Shown piece by piece: positions 39,481 to 47,399 of a DNA stretch of 64,000 bases (the first letter of the stretch is position 1; the number at the start of each line of letters is the position of its first letter). The stretch spans positions 21,560-85,559 of the forward strand of contig JAAYEI010000045.1 in assembly GCA_012728815.1 (NCBI GenBank), written 5' to 3'. The position numbers and the translations under genes are program-made. This DNA comes from Clostridiales bacterium. GTDB taxonomy: Bacteria > Bacillota > Clostridia > Christensenellales > Aristaeellaceae. The notes beneath the pieces were generated by a model that saw only the letters and a list, made by a program, of their open reading frames with translations, was not told where the DNA came from and did no database searches.

Positions 39481-40208
39481 GGCAGACAGCCTTCACCATC
39501 CTTGAAAACACGCCCATCGCGCGGGACACCTACCGCCTGCGCCTGGCCGGGGACACCGCCGCCTTCAAGCAGCCCGGGCAGTTTGTCAACCTCAGCCTGC
39601 CCGGCTACTACCTGCGCCGGCCCTTCTCCGCCTGTGACTGGCAGAAGGGGGAGCTGCTGCTCATCTACAAGGTGCTGGGCCAGGGCACGGCGGACCTGGT
39701 CGCCCTGCGGCCCGGCACCCGGCTGGACGCGCTGTGCGGCCTGGGCCGGGGCTTTGACCTTAATGCCTGCGGCCGGCAGCCGCTGCTGGTGGGCGGGGGC
39801 GTGGGCGTGCCGCCGCTGTACCGCCTGGCCCGGGAGCTGGTGGCCAGGGGCAGGACGGTGCGGGTGGCCCTGGGCTTCAACACCGCGGCGGACGCCTTCC
39901 TGGTGGGTGAGCTGCAAGCCCTGGGCGCCCAGGTGCGGGTGGCCACCCTGGATGGCAGCCTGGGAGAGCGCGGCACGGTGCTGGCCGTCTGTGATGCGGA
40001 CAGCGCCAGCGATTTTTGCGCCTGCGGCCCCACCGCCATGCTCAAGGCGCTGTGCGCGGCCACGCGGCTGCCCGGGCAAGTGAGCCTGGAGGAGCGCATG
40101 GGCTGCGGCTTTGGCGCCTGCATGGGCTGCACCGTGATGACCCCTGCCGGCCCGCTGCGGGTGTGCAGGGAGGGGCCGGTCTTTGACCGGGAGGTGCTGG
40201 CATGGTAG
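39477..40208 (+). CDS. pyrK: Dihydroorotate dehydrogenase B electron-transfer subunit (FAD / 2Fe-2S)
   Basis: Start at MRQTAFTILEN (ATG 39477, overlapping the pyrC stop as ATGA). RRPFS flavin motif and the C-terminal CGFGACMGC cluster-binding cysteines. Confidence 0.9.
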   Translation: MRQTAFTILENTPIARDTYRLRLAGDTAAFKQPGQFVNLSLPGYYLRRPFSACDWQKGELLLIYKVLGQGTADLVALRPGTRLDALCGLGRGFDLNACGRQPLLVGGGVGVPPLYRLARELVARGRTVRVALGFNTAADAFLVGELQALGAQVRVATLDGSLGERGTVLAVCDADSASDFCACGPTAMLKALCAATRLPGQVSLEERMGCGFGACMGCTVMTPAGPLRVCREGPVFDREVLAW

Positions 40209-41113
40209 ACACCAGGGTGGACCTGTGCGGGGTGGCGCTGTCCAACCCCGTCATCGCGGCCAGCGGCACCTTTGGCTTTGGGCAGGATTTTGCCCCGCTG
40301 TATGACCTGAACCAGCTGGGCAGCTTCTCCTTCAAGGGCACCACCTGGCTGCCCCGGGAGGGCAACCCCAGCCCGCGCATCGCCGAGTGCCCCGCCGGCC
40401 TGCTCAACGCCATCGGGCTGCAAAACCCGGGGGTGCACAAAGTGATTTCAGAGGAGCTGCCCAGGATCCGCCAGGTGTTTGACAAGCCGGTCATGGCCAA
40501 TGTGAGCGGGTTTTCCATTGAGGACTATGTGCGCGTCAGCGAGCTGCTGGACGCCCAGGCGCAGGTGGGCTGGCTGGAAATCAACATCTCCTGCCCCAAT
40601 GTGCACGGCGGTGGCATGGCCTTTGGCACCGACGCGCGCATGGCCGGGGAGGTCACCCGCGCGGTGCGCGCGGCAACGCGCAAGCCCCTGATCATCAAGC
40701 TGTCCCCCAACGTGACGGACATCACGGAGATCGCGAGGGCCTGTGAAGCCGAGGGCGCGGACGCCCTCAGCCTGATCAACACCCTGCTGGGGCTGCGCCT
40801 GAACCTGAAAACCCGCAAGCCCCTGCTGCCCTTTGGCACCGGCGGCCTGTCCGGCCCCGCCGTGCTGCCCATCGCGCTGCGCATGGTGTGGCAGGTGTAT
40901 GAGGCGGTGCGCCTGCCCCTGGTGGGCATGGGCGGGGTGAGCAGCGCCCGGGACGTGATTGAGATGATGCTGGCCGGCGCCACCGCGGTGCAGGTGGGCA
41001 GCGCCAACCTGATTGACCCCTGGGCCTGCCCGCGCATCATCCACCAGCTGCCCGGGGCCATGGCACAGCACGGCATCAGCTGCCTGCGCGACATCATAGG
41101 AGGTGCCCATTGA
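40202..41113 (+). CDS. pyrD: Dihydroorotate dehydrogenase B catalytic subunit
   Basis: 303 aa. NPVIAASGTFGFG, N.SCPN, KLSPN, GGLSGPA..P.AL. Confidence 0.92.
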   Translation: MVDTRVDLCGVALSNPVIAASGTFGFGQDFAPLYDLNQLGSFSFKGTTWLPREGNPSPRIAECPAGLLNAIGLQNPGVHKVISEELPRIRQVFDKPVMANVSGFSIEDYVRVSELLDAQAQVGWLEINISCPNVHGGGMAFGTDARMAGEVTRAVRAATRKPLIIKLSPNVTDITEIARACEAEGADALSLINTLLGLRLNLKTRKPLLPFGTGGLSGPAVLPIALRMVWQVYEAVRLPLVGMGGVSSARDVIEMMLAGATAVQVGSANLIDPWACPRIIHQLPGAMAQHGISCLRDIIGGAH

Positions 41114-41811
41114 CACAACGAGAGGTCATCATCGCCCTGGACGTCCCCGACCGTTCGTCCGCCCTGGCGCTGCTGCAGCGCTTTGGGCAGGAGAGGCCCT
41201 ATGTGAAGGTGGGCATGGAGCTCTACTACGCCCAGGGCCCGGACCTGGTGCGGGAAATCCATGACCGCGGCCACCGGATCTTCCTTGACCTGAAGCTGCA
41301 TGACATCCCCAACACCGTGGCCTCGGCCCTCAGGGGCATCAGCCGCCTGGGGGTGGACCTGGTCAACCTGCACGCGGCCGGGGGCCTGGCCATGATGCGC
41401 GCGGCGGCGGACGCGCTGGGCGACAGCCCGCGGCCGCCCCGGCTGATTGCCGTGACCGTGTTGACCTCCCTGGGCCAGGACGCGCTGCGGGACGAGCTGT
41501 GGATCAACCAACCCCTGCCGGACACCGTGCTGCACTATGCCAGCCTGGCCAGGGAGGCCGGCCTGGACGGGGTGGTCTGCTCGCCGCAGGAGGCGCCGGT
41601 GGTGCACAGCCACCTGGGGGTGGACTTCCTCACCGTCACCCCCGGGGTGCGCTTCGCGGGGGGCGCTGTGGGCGACCAGCAGCGCGTGACCACGCCCGCC
41701 CAGGCGCGGGAACTGGGCGCAGACCACATCGTGGTGGGCCGCCCCATTACCCGGGCCTTGGACCCCCTCGCCGCCTACAGGAGGTGCCTGGATGAATTTG
41801 TCCGACGCTAA
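41110..41811 (+). CDS. pyrF: Orotidine-5'-phosphate decarboxylase
   Basis: TTG start at 41110 (AGGAGG 6 nt upstream, overlapping the pyrD stop). IIALD, DLKLHDIPNTV, PGVR and IVVGRPIT blocks. Confidence 0.9.
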   Translation: MTQREVIIALDVPDRSSALALLQRFGQERPYVKVGMELYYAQGPDLVREIHDRGHRIFLDLKLHDIPNTVASALRGISRLGVDLVNLHAAGGLAMMRAAADALGDSPRPPRLIAVTVLTSLGQDALRDELWINQPLPDTVLHYASLAREAGLDGVVCSPQEAPVVHSHLGVDFLTVTPGVRFAGGAVGDQQRVTTPAQARELGADHIVVGRPITRALDPLAAYRRCLDEFVRR

Positions 41812-42445
41812 GCAGGTCGCCAGGGGGCTGCTCGCCATCGGCGCGGTGTTCCTGCGCCCGGACCAGCCCTTCACCTGGGCCAGCGGCATCAAAAGCCCCA
41901 TCTACTGCGACAACCGCCTCACCCTGTCCCACCCGCCGCTGCGCACCCTGATTGAAGGCGCCATCGCCGCTGTGGTCCGGGAGGCCTACCCCCAGGCCCA
42001 GGCGCTCATGGGCACCAGCACCGCGGGCATCCCCCACGCCGCCATCGCGGCCCACCTGTTGGAGCTGCCCATGGGCTACGTGCGCTCAGGCAGCAAGGAC
42101 CACGGCCGCCACAACCGCATTGAGGGGAGGCTTGAGCCCGGCTGGCGGGTGGTGGTGGTGGAGGACCTGATCTCCACCGCCGGCAGCGTGGTGGAGGTGG
42201 TGGCGGCGCTGCGCGGGGCCGGCGCCCAGGTGCTGGGCGTGGTCAGCATCTTCACCTATGGGATGCAGAAGGCCCGGGAGCGCCTGGAGCAGGCTGGGGT
42301 GGTGAACCATTCCCTCTGCGACCTGGACACGCTGGTGCAGGTGGCGCAGCAGGAGGGCTACATCCGGCAGTCCGACATCGCCCGGGTGCTGGCCTTCCGC
42401 GACAACCCGCAGGACCAGTCCTGGATGACCCACACCCCCACATAA
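41792..42445 (+). CDS. pyrE: Orotate phosphoribosyltransferase
   Basis: 217 aa. [14 protein letters not shown] and the PRPP-binding motif [13 protein letters not shown]. Overlaps the pyrF end by 20 nt. Confidence 0.9.
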   Translation: MNLSDAKQVARGLLAIGAVFLRPDQPFTWASGIKSPIYCDNRLTLSHPPLRTLIEGAIAAVVREAYPQAQALMGTSTAGIPHAAIAAHLLELPMGYVRSGSKDHGRHNRIEGRLEPGWRVVVVEDLISTAGSVVEVVAALRGAGAQVLGVVSIFTYGMQKARERLEQAGVVNHSLCDLDTLVQVAQQEGYIRQSDIARVLAFRDNPQDQSWMTHTPT

Positions 42446-42458
42446 AGAAAGGCGGAAC

Positions 42459-43373
42459 ATGCGGCACATCACAGCCATTTCAGACCTGAGCGTGCAGGAG
42501 ATTGACGCGCTGATCATGAAGGCCCGGGACATCATGGCCAACCCCGGGCGCTACCAGGAGGCCTGCCGCCACAAAAAGCTGGCCACGCTCTTTTATGAGC
42601 CCTCCACCCGCACGCGGCTGAGCTTTGAGGCGGCCATGTATGAGCTGGGTGGCCAGGTGCTGGGCTTCTCCCAGGCGGAGGCCAGCTCGGCCGCCAAGGG
42701 CGAGAGCGTGGCGGACACCATCCGCACCATCAGCTGCTACGCCGACCTCATCGCCATGCGCCACCACAAGGAGGGCGCCCCCACCGTGGCCGCCCACTAC
42801 GCCACCGTGCCCGTCATTAACGCGGGCGACGGCGGGCACAACCACCCCACCCAGACGCTGACGGACCTGCTCACCATCCAGATGGAGAAGGGCCGCCTGG
42901 GCAACATGACGGTGGGCCTGTGCGGGGACCTGAAGTTTGGCCGCACCGTACACTCCCTGATCGAGGCCATGTGCCGCTACCCGGGCGTGCGCTTTGTGCT
43001 GATCTCGCCAGAGGAGCTCAAGGTGCCCAGCTATGTCAAGATCCCCCTCAAGCAGGGCCAGGTGCCCTATGAGCAAACCACCGACCTGCAAAGCGTGATG
43101 CCGCGGCTGGACATCCTGTACATGACCCGCGTGCAGCGCGAGCGCTTCTTCAACGAGGATGACTACATCCGCCTGAAGGATTCCTACATCCTCACCCCAG
43201 CCAAGCTGGAGCTGGCCAAGCCCGATCTGAGCGTCATGCACCCCCTGCCCCGGGTGAACGAGATTGCCCTAGCCATTGACCAGGACCCCCGCGCGACCTA
43301 TTTCAAGCAGACGCTGTACGGCAAGTACATCCGCATGGCGCTCATCCTGATGCTGCTGGAGGTGCAGGCATGA
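42459..43373 (+). CDS. pyrB: Aspartate carbamoyltransferase catalytic subunit
   Basis: 304 aa. [27 protein letters not shown]. Confidence 0.93.
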   Translation: MRHITAISDLSVQEIDALIMKARDIMANPGRYQEACRHKKLATLFYEPSTRTRLSFEAAMYELGGQVLGFSQAEASSAAKGESVADTIRTISCYADLIAMRHHKEGAPTVAAHYATVPVINAGDGGHNHPTQTLTDLLTIQMEKGRLGNMTVGLCGDLKFGRTVHSLIEAMCRYPGVRFVLISPEELKVPSYVKIPLKQGQVPYEQTTDLQSVMPRLDILYMTRVQRERFFNEDDYIRLKDSYILTPAKLELAKPDLSVMHPLPRVNEIALAIDQDPRATYFKQTLYGKYIRMALILMLLEVQA

Positions 43374-43789
43374 ACATAGATTCCATCAACAACGGCATCG
43401 TGATTGACCACATCAAGGCCGGCCAGGCCATGCAGATCTATGATTTTTTGAACCTGGGCGCGCTGGACTGCCCGGTGGCCATCATCAAGAACGCCGTGAG
43501 CAACAAGATGGGCCGCAAGGACATCATCAAGATTGATTCCGTGCTGGATGTGGACCTCAACGCCCTGGGCTACATCGACCCGGCCATCACCATCAACCTG
43601 ATCAAGGACGGTGAGCGCGTGCGCAAATACCACCCGGAGCTGCCTGCCACCATCACCAACATCATCCGCTGCAGGAACCCGCGCTGCATCACCAGCATCG
43701 AGCAGGAGCTGCCCCACGTGTTCAAGCTGACCGACCGGGAAAAAGACGAGTACCGCTGCCTGTACTGCGAGAGCAAGGCGGGGAAATAA
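43370..43789 (+). CDS. pyrI: Aspartate carbamoyltransferase regulatory subunit
   Basis: 139 aa. N-terminal I.NG.VIDHI, and a C-terminal zinc site CRNPRCIT...YRCLYCE. Start overlaps the pyrB stop. Confidence 0.9.
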   Translation: MNIDSINNGIVIDHIKAGQAMQIYDFLNLGALDCPVAIIKNAVSNKMGRKDIIKIDSVLDVDLNALGYIDPAITINLIKDGERVRKYHPELPATITNIIRCRNPRCITSIEQELPHVFKLTDREKDEYRCLYCESKAGK

Positions 43790-43830
43790 AGCCGCCACGG
43801 CGCCCAGGGGCAAAGAGGCAACAGAAAAAA

Positions 43831-43864
43831 ACGACCAGGTGGCTGAAGGCACCTTGTCGTTTTG
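43831..43864 (+). terminator. Terminator hairpin after pyrI
   Basis: ACGACCAGGTG / CACCTTGTCGT (10 of 11 pairs) with an 8-nt loop, followed by TTTG. Preceded by an A-run. Confidence 0.5.
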
Positions 43865-43929
43865 GGAGAAGGGCGGTTTTGCCCGGCGGGCACAGCCTTC
43901 TGACACTCCCGGAGATGCTTTTTATGCCG

Positions 43930-43953
43930 CCGCCCCGCATGGGCGGTTTTTTT
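43930..43953 (+). terminator. Second + strand rho-independent terminator
   Basis: CCGCCC-CGCAT-GGGCGG followed by TTTTTTT (43947-43953). Confidence 0.55.
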
Positions 43954-43983
43954 ATGCGGAGGAAGGGGTCGGAATGATTGTTG

Positions 43984-44610
43984 TCAGCGCCGCTCCATCA
44001 GCCAGGTGCCCCCCAGGGTGAGCAGGCCAAAGAGCAGGTAGTAAAACCCGCACACGGCCACCGGGCTGTTGTCGCGCTGGCCGCCCCCGCGGGCGACATA
44101 GCCAGCCAGCAGCGCCGCCCCCAGCAGGAAGGACAGCAAACCCAGCAGGTGAAACAGGAAGGTGCGGGCGTCTTCCCCGCGGAAGCTTCTGGCCTGCACC
44201 ATGCGCCCCAGCGCGGCCCCCAGGTCGGTCAGGTGGCCGGTGATGTGGGTGGTGCGCGCCAGGATGCCCCGGTAGCGCATGGCCAGGCCGTTTTGCGCGC
44301 CCAGCACAAAGGCGGTCAGGCTGACGGCCAGCCAGGGCGGCAGGGACAGGCTGCCGCTGATCAACAGCGCCGCGCCGCAGCCGCTGATGACCAAGCCGCT
44401 GCGCCGCCACTGGCGGGCGCTGTGGCGGGGAAAGGCAAAGCCTGACAGCGTGGCCCCCAGCAGGAAGCTGAGCAGGGGCCAGACAATCAGCCAGGCGGGC
44501 TGCCCCTGGGCGATGCGCAGGCCCAGCTGGGTCAGGTTGCCGGTCATGTGGGAAAGGGTTTTCCCAAACTGAAAAAAGCCCGCCGTGTTCAGCGCGCCCG
44601 CCAGCAGCAT
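43984..44610 (-). CDS. YoaK/DUF1275-family membrane protein
   Basis: 208 aa, about 6 TM segments. The SHMTGNLTQLG and THITGHLTDLG repeats are the DUF1275 hallmark. A CTG at 44628 with better AAGGAGG spacing could be the real start. Confidence 0.7.
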   Translation of the reverse strand: MLLAGALNTAGFFQFGKTLSHMTGNLTQLGLRIAQGQPAWLIVWPLLSFLLGATLSGFAFPRHSARQWRRSGLVISGCGAALLISGSLSLPPWLAVSLTAFVLGAQNGLAMRYRGILARTTHITGHLTDLGAALGRMVQARSFRGEDARTFLFHLLGLLSFLLGAALLAGYVARGGGQRDNSPVAVCGFYYLLFGLLTLGGTWLMERR

Positions 44611-44816
44611 CAGGGTATGAATCCACAGCGCTCCAGCCTCCTTGCGCTAAGCTCCTGACACCCCAAGCCCCCTCCCTGGTTTCTTTGATCTTCATCCACA
44701 TCATACGCCCGGACGCCGCGCGGGGTCAAGCGCGGCGCCCCATCCGCCGTCCGGGCGCTGCGGGTTCCCAGGATGCCCGCCGCCGGGCGGCCGGCACCCG
44801 CCCCCTGCGCCTGCCT

Positions 44817-44845
44817 TTGACAAATGGCGCGGCCGCGGCTATGAT
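44817..44845 (+). promoter_or_regulatory. Putative promoter of the Gate-domain membrane protein gene
   Basis: TTGACA (44817-44822), 17-nt spacer, TATGAT (44840-44845). Confidence 0.5.
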
Positions 44846-44883
44846 GCGCATGGAATACAAAAATAAAACAAAGCAGGCCGCCC

Positions 44884-45000
44884 ATGCAGACAAACCCGCC
44901 GCGCCTTAAAAAGGCCATCAGCCTGGAACCCTTTGCCTTCCTGCTCGCGCTCATCGCCGTGTTCTGGCTGTTCTGCGCGCGCATGGGCTTTGTGGCATAG
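44884..45000 (+). pseudogene. Detached 5' fragment (first TM helix) of the downstream Gate-domain membrane protein gene
   Basis: 38-codon ORF MQTNPPRLKKAISLEPFAFLLALIAVFWLFCARMGFVA*. Its last 10 residues, WLFCARMGFV, are encoded again at 45026-45055, where the main ORF continues in another frame. Confidence 0.55.
44964..44994 (+). repeat. 31-bp direct repeat, copy 1
   Basis: CTGGCTGTTCTGCGCGCGCATGGGCTTTGTG, identical to 45025-45055 (checked base by base). Confidence 0.95.
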
Positions 45001-45024
45001 GACCTGACGACGTTGTATTTCGTG

Positions 45025-45055
45025 CTGGCTGTTCTGCGCGCGCATGGGCTTTGTG
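45025..45055 (+). repeat. 31-bp direct repeat, copy 2
   Basis: Identical to 44964-44994. The copies are offset by 61 nt, with 30 unique nt (GCATAGGACCTGACGACGTTGTATTTCGTG) between them. Confidence 0.95.
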
Positions 45056-46114
45056 AACGCGCTGTCCACCGTGATGCAGACCGCCTTCCGCCTGCTGACG
45101 GACACTGTGTTCTTCCTCACCGCCATCGCCGTGCTGGCAGGCGCACTGTCGGGCCTGCTGCAGGAGTTTGGGGTCATCACCCTGCTGGACCGCCTGCTCA
45201 CCCCGCTGATGAAGCCCCTGTTCGGCATGCCCGGCGCCGCCTCCATCGGCGCCCTCACCACCTACATGAGTGACAACCCGGCCATCCTGGCGCTGGCGGC
45301 GGACCAAAACTACCGCGGCTATTTCAAGAAATACCAGCTGCCCGCGCTCACCAACCTGGGCACCGGCTTTGGCATGGGGGCCATCGTCACCACCTTCATG
45401 CTGGGCCTGTCCGCCCTGACGGAGCAAAACTACCTGCCCGCGGCCCTGGTGGGCAACGCTGGCGCGCTGGTGGGCAGCATCCTCAGCACCCGGCTGATGC
45501 TGCGCTTCACCCGGCGTGTTTATGGCGCGCAGGAACCTGCCCTGCCCGGCGGCGGGGAGATGGTGGACCGCTCCTACCGCATCGTCCGCTCGGGCAACAC
45601 GGCGGCCCGCTTCCTGGGGGCCATGCTGGACGGCGGCAAGGCGGGCGTGCAGATGGGCATCGACATCATTCCGGGGGTGCTGGTGATCTGCACCTTTGTG
45701 ATGATGCTGACCGGCGGCCCGGGCGAGGCCGGCCTCTACACCGGCGCCGCCTATGAGGGCATCGGCCTGCTGCCCCAGGTGGGTGAGGCGCTGCAATTCC
45801 TGCTCAAGCCCCTCTTTGGCCTGCAAAGCGCGGAGGGCATCGCGGTGCCCATCACGGCGCTGGGCTCCTCCGGGGCCTCCCTGTCCATCGTCACCCGTCT
45901 GGCGCGGGAAGGCCTGGCCGGCCCCCACGACATCGCCGTGTTCACCGCCATGTGCATGTGCCTGAGCGGCTACCTGAGCACCCACGTGGCCATGATGAAC
46001 GCGCTGGGCTTCAGCCCGCTGACCGGCAAGGCCATCCTGTCCCACACCCTGGGCGGCCTGGCGGCCGGGGTGTGCGCGCACTGGCTGTACACCTTGCTGG
46101 AACTGATTCTTTAG
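45044..46114 (+). CDS. Polytopic membrane protein with nucleoside-recognition (Gate)-like domains, YjiH/SpmA-like; possibly 5'-truncated
   Basis: 356 aa and highly hydrophobic. GVITLLDRLLTPLMKPLFGMPG and SIGALTTYMSDNPAI resemble Gate-domain proteins. There is no RBS before ATG 45044, and the natural N-terminus appears to be the fragment at 44884-45000. Confidence 0.55.
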   Translation: MGFVNALSTVMQTAFRLLTDTVFFLTAIAVLAGALSGLLQEFGVITLLDRLLTPLMKPLFGMPGAASIGALTTYMSDNPAILALAADQNYRGYFKKYQLPALTNLGTGFGMGAIVTTFMLGLSALTEQNYLPAALVGNAGALVGSILSTRLMLRFTRRVYGAQEPALPGGGEMVDRSYRIVRSGNTAARFLGAMLDGGKAGVQMGIDIIPGVLVICTFVMMLTGGPGEAGLYTGAAYEGIGLLPQVGEALQFLLKPLFGLQSAEGIAVPITALGSSGASLSIVTRLAREGLAGPHDIAVFTAMCMCLSGYLSTHVAMMNALGFSPLTGKAILSHTLGGLAAGVCAHWLYTLLELIL

Positions 46115-46163
46115 AATTAAAAAACGTTGACAATCGTGGGAATATAACCCCGCGCCCTGGCGC

Positions 46164-47195
46164 TCAGCCGGGCGGCGCCACGGTGTCACGCTCCATCAGC
46201 TGACAGGGTAGGATGAGGGCCTGGGGCCTGGTGGTAGGCGCTGCCACCAGCTTCTTCACCAGGCCCGCGGCCTGGCGGCCAATCTCACGCACCGGCAGGG
46301 CCACGGTGCTCAGCCGGGGGCGCAGGTAATCGGAAGCCTCCCGGTGGTCAAAGCCCACCAGGGAAACGTCCCGGGGCACGCCCAGCCCCGCGTCCTGCAG
46401 CGCGTGCAGGGCGCCCGCCGCCATGAAATCGTTCATCGCAAACACGGCAGTCGGCCGCTGGGGCAGGTCCAGCATGCGCCGCATCTGGTCATAGCCGGAC
46501 TGATACTCCCAGTTTCCGTAGGCCATAAAGCCCTCCGGGATGGCCAGCCCCGCCTCCTGCAGCGCGATCTGAAAGCCGCCCAGGCGCTTCATGGTCGGGA
46601 AAGAATGCGGGTGCCCAGCGATGACCGCGATGCGCCGGTGCCCGGCCTGGATAAAATGCCGGGCCACCTGGGCCGCCGCCTCCTTGTTGCCATAGGTCAC
46701 AAAGAAGTCATCCGCGCTGCCCAGGGAATAGGCATAGACCAGGGGGCAGGGCCTGCTGTCCAGCAGCCCGTCCAGGTGCCGGTCATGCATGGCGACATAG
46801 ATGACCCCGGACACCCCGTCGCCCACCAGCGCGTCCACGCCCTGGTTGACCTCCTCCTGGTAGGCGCCGATCAGCTCATGCTGGTTGTACAGCTTTTCAT
46901 ACAGGTGCAGGTCACGCAGCACAATCTGGTAGCCGGCCGGCTCCAGCGTTTCCGCGATGCCGCAGAGCACGTCGGGCACCGGGAAACAGCGCAGGTCCTC
47001 CACCAGCACGCCGATGGACTTGATGCGCGCGAAGGCGCCGCCCTGGCCCTTCCTGGGCCGGTAGCCCAGTTCACTCATGGCCTGCCGCACCTTTTTGGTG
47101 GTGGCGGCGGACAGGCGCTTGGTGCCGTTGACCACATGGGATACCGTGGCCGTGGACACCCCCGCCCGCGCCGCGACCTGTTTCATGGTAGGCAT
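46164..47195 (-). CDS. LacI-family transcriptional regulator
   Basis: Start taken at MPTMKQVAARAGVSTATVSHVVNG (ATG 47195, GGGGAG 7 nt upstream). HTH N-terminus plus a periplasmic-binding-protein-like sugar-binding core (..VGFD..). Confidence 0.85.
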   Translation of the reverse strand: MPTMKQVAARAGVSTATVSHVVNGTKRLSAATTKKVRQAMSELGYRPRKGQGGAFARIKSIGVLVEDLRCFPVPDVLCGIAETLEPAGYQIVLRDLHLYEKLYNQHELIGAYQEEVNQGVDALVGDGVSGVIYVAMHDRHLDGLLDSRPCPLVYAYSLGSADDFFVTYGNKEAAAQVARHFIQAGHRRIAVIAGHPHSFPTMKRLGGFQIALQEAGLAIPEGFMAYGNWEYQSGYDQMRRMLDLPQRPTAVFAMNDFMAAGALHALQDAGLGVPRDVSLVGFDHREASDYLRPRLSTVALPVREIGRQAAGLVKKLVAAPTTRPQALILPCQLMERDTVAPPG

Positions 47196-47219
47196 TGCTG
47201 TGCTCCCCATCCAATTGAT

Positions 47220-47236
47220 AGGTTAAATATTAACCT
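47220..47236. promoter_or_regulatory. AT-rich palindromic box 1 (candidate LacI-family operator)
   Basis: AGGTTAA-ATA-TTAACCT with perfect 7-bp arms, 25 nt upstream of the regulator start. Confidence 0.45.
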
Positions 47237-47278
47237 CACAAGCCGGGGCCGTCAAGCCCCTGACAGCGCTTACGGCCT

Positions 47279-47293
47279 CGTTAATATTTTACC
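47279..47293. promoter_or_regulatory. AT-rich box 2 (related to box 1, opposite orientation)
   Basis: CGTTAATATTTTACC has the reverse complement GGTAAAATATTAACG, which is 13/15 identical to box 1 core GGTTAAATATTAACC. Confidence 0.4.
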
Positions 47294-47367
47294 AACCGCC
47301 GGGCCCGCCCTTGATGTCGTTTCAGTCCTTGACAGGGCCAGTCCATGCAGGTAGACTGCAAATGGAA

Positions 47368-47382
47368 GGTAAAATAATAACC
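47368..47382. promoter_or_regulatory. AT-rich box 3 (related to boxes 1 and 2)
   Basis: GGTAAAATAATAACC is 13/15 identical to box 2 (reverse complement). It lies 18 nt upstream of the GH127 GTG start. Confidence 0.4.
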
Positions 47383-47399
47383 AAACTGGGGGTAATCAA

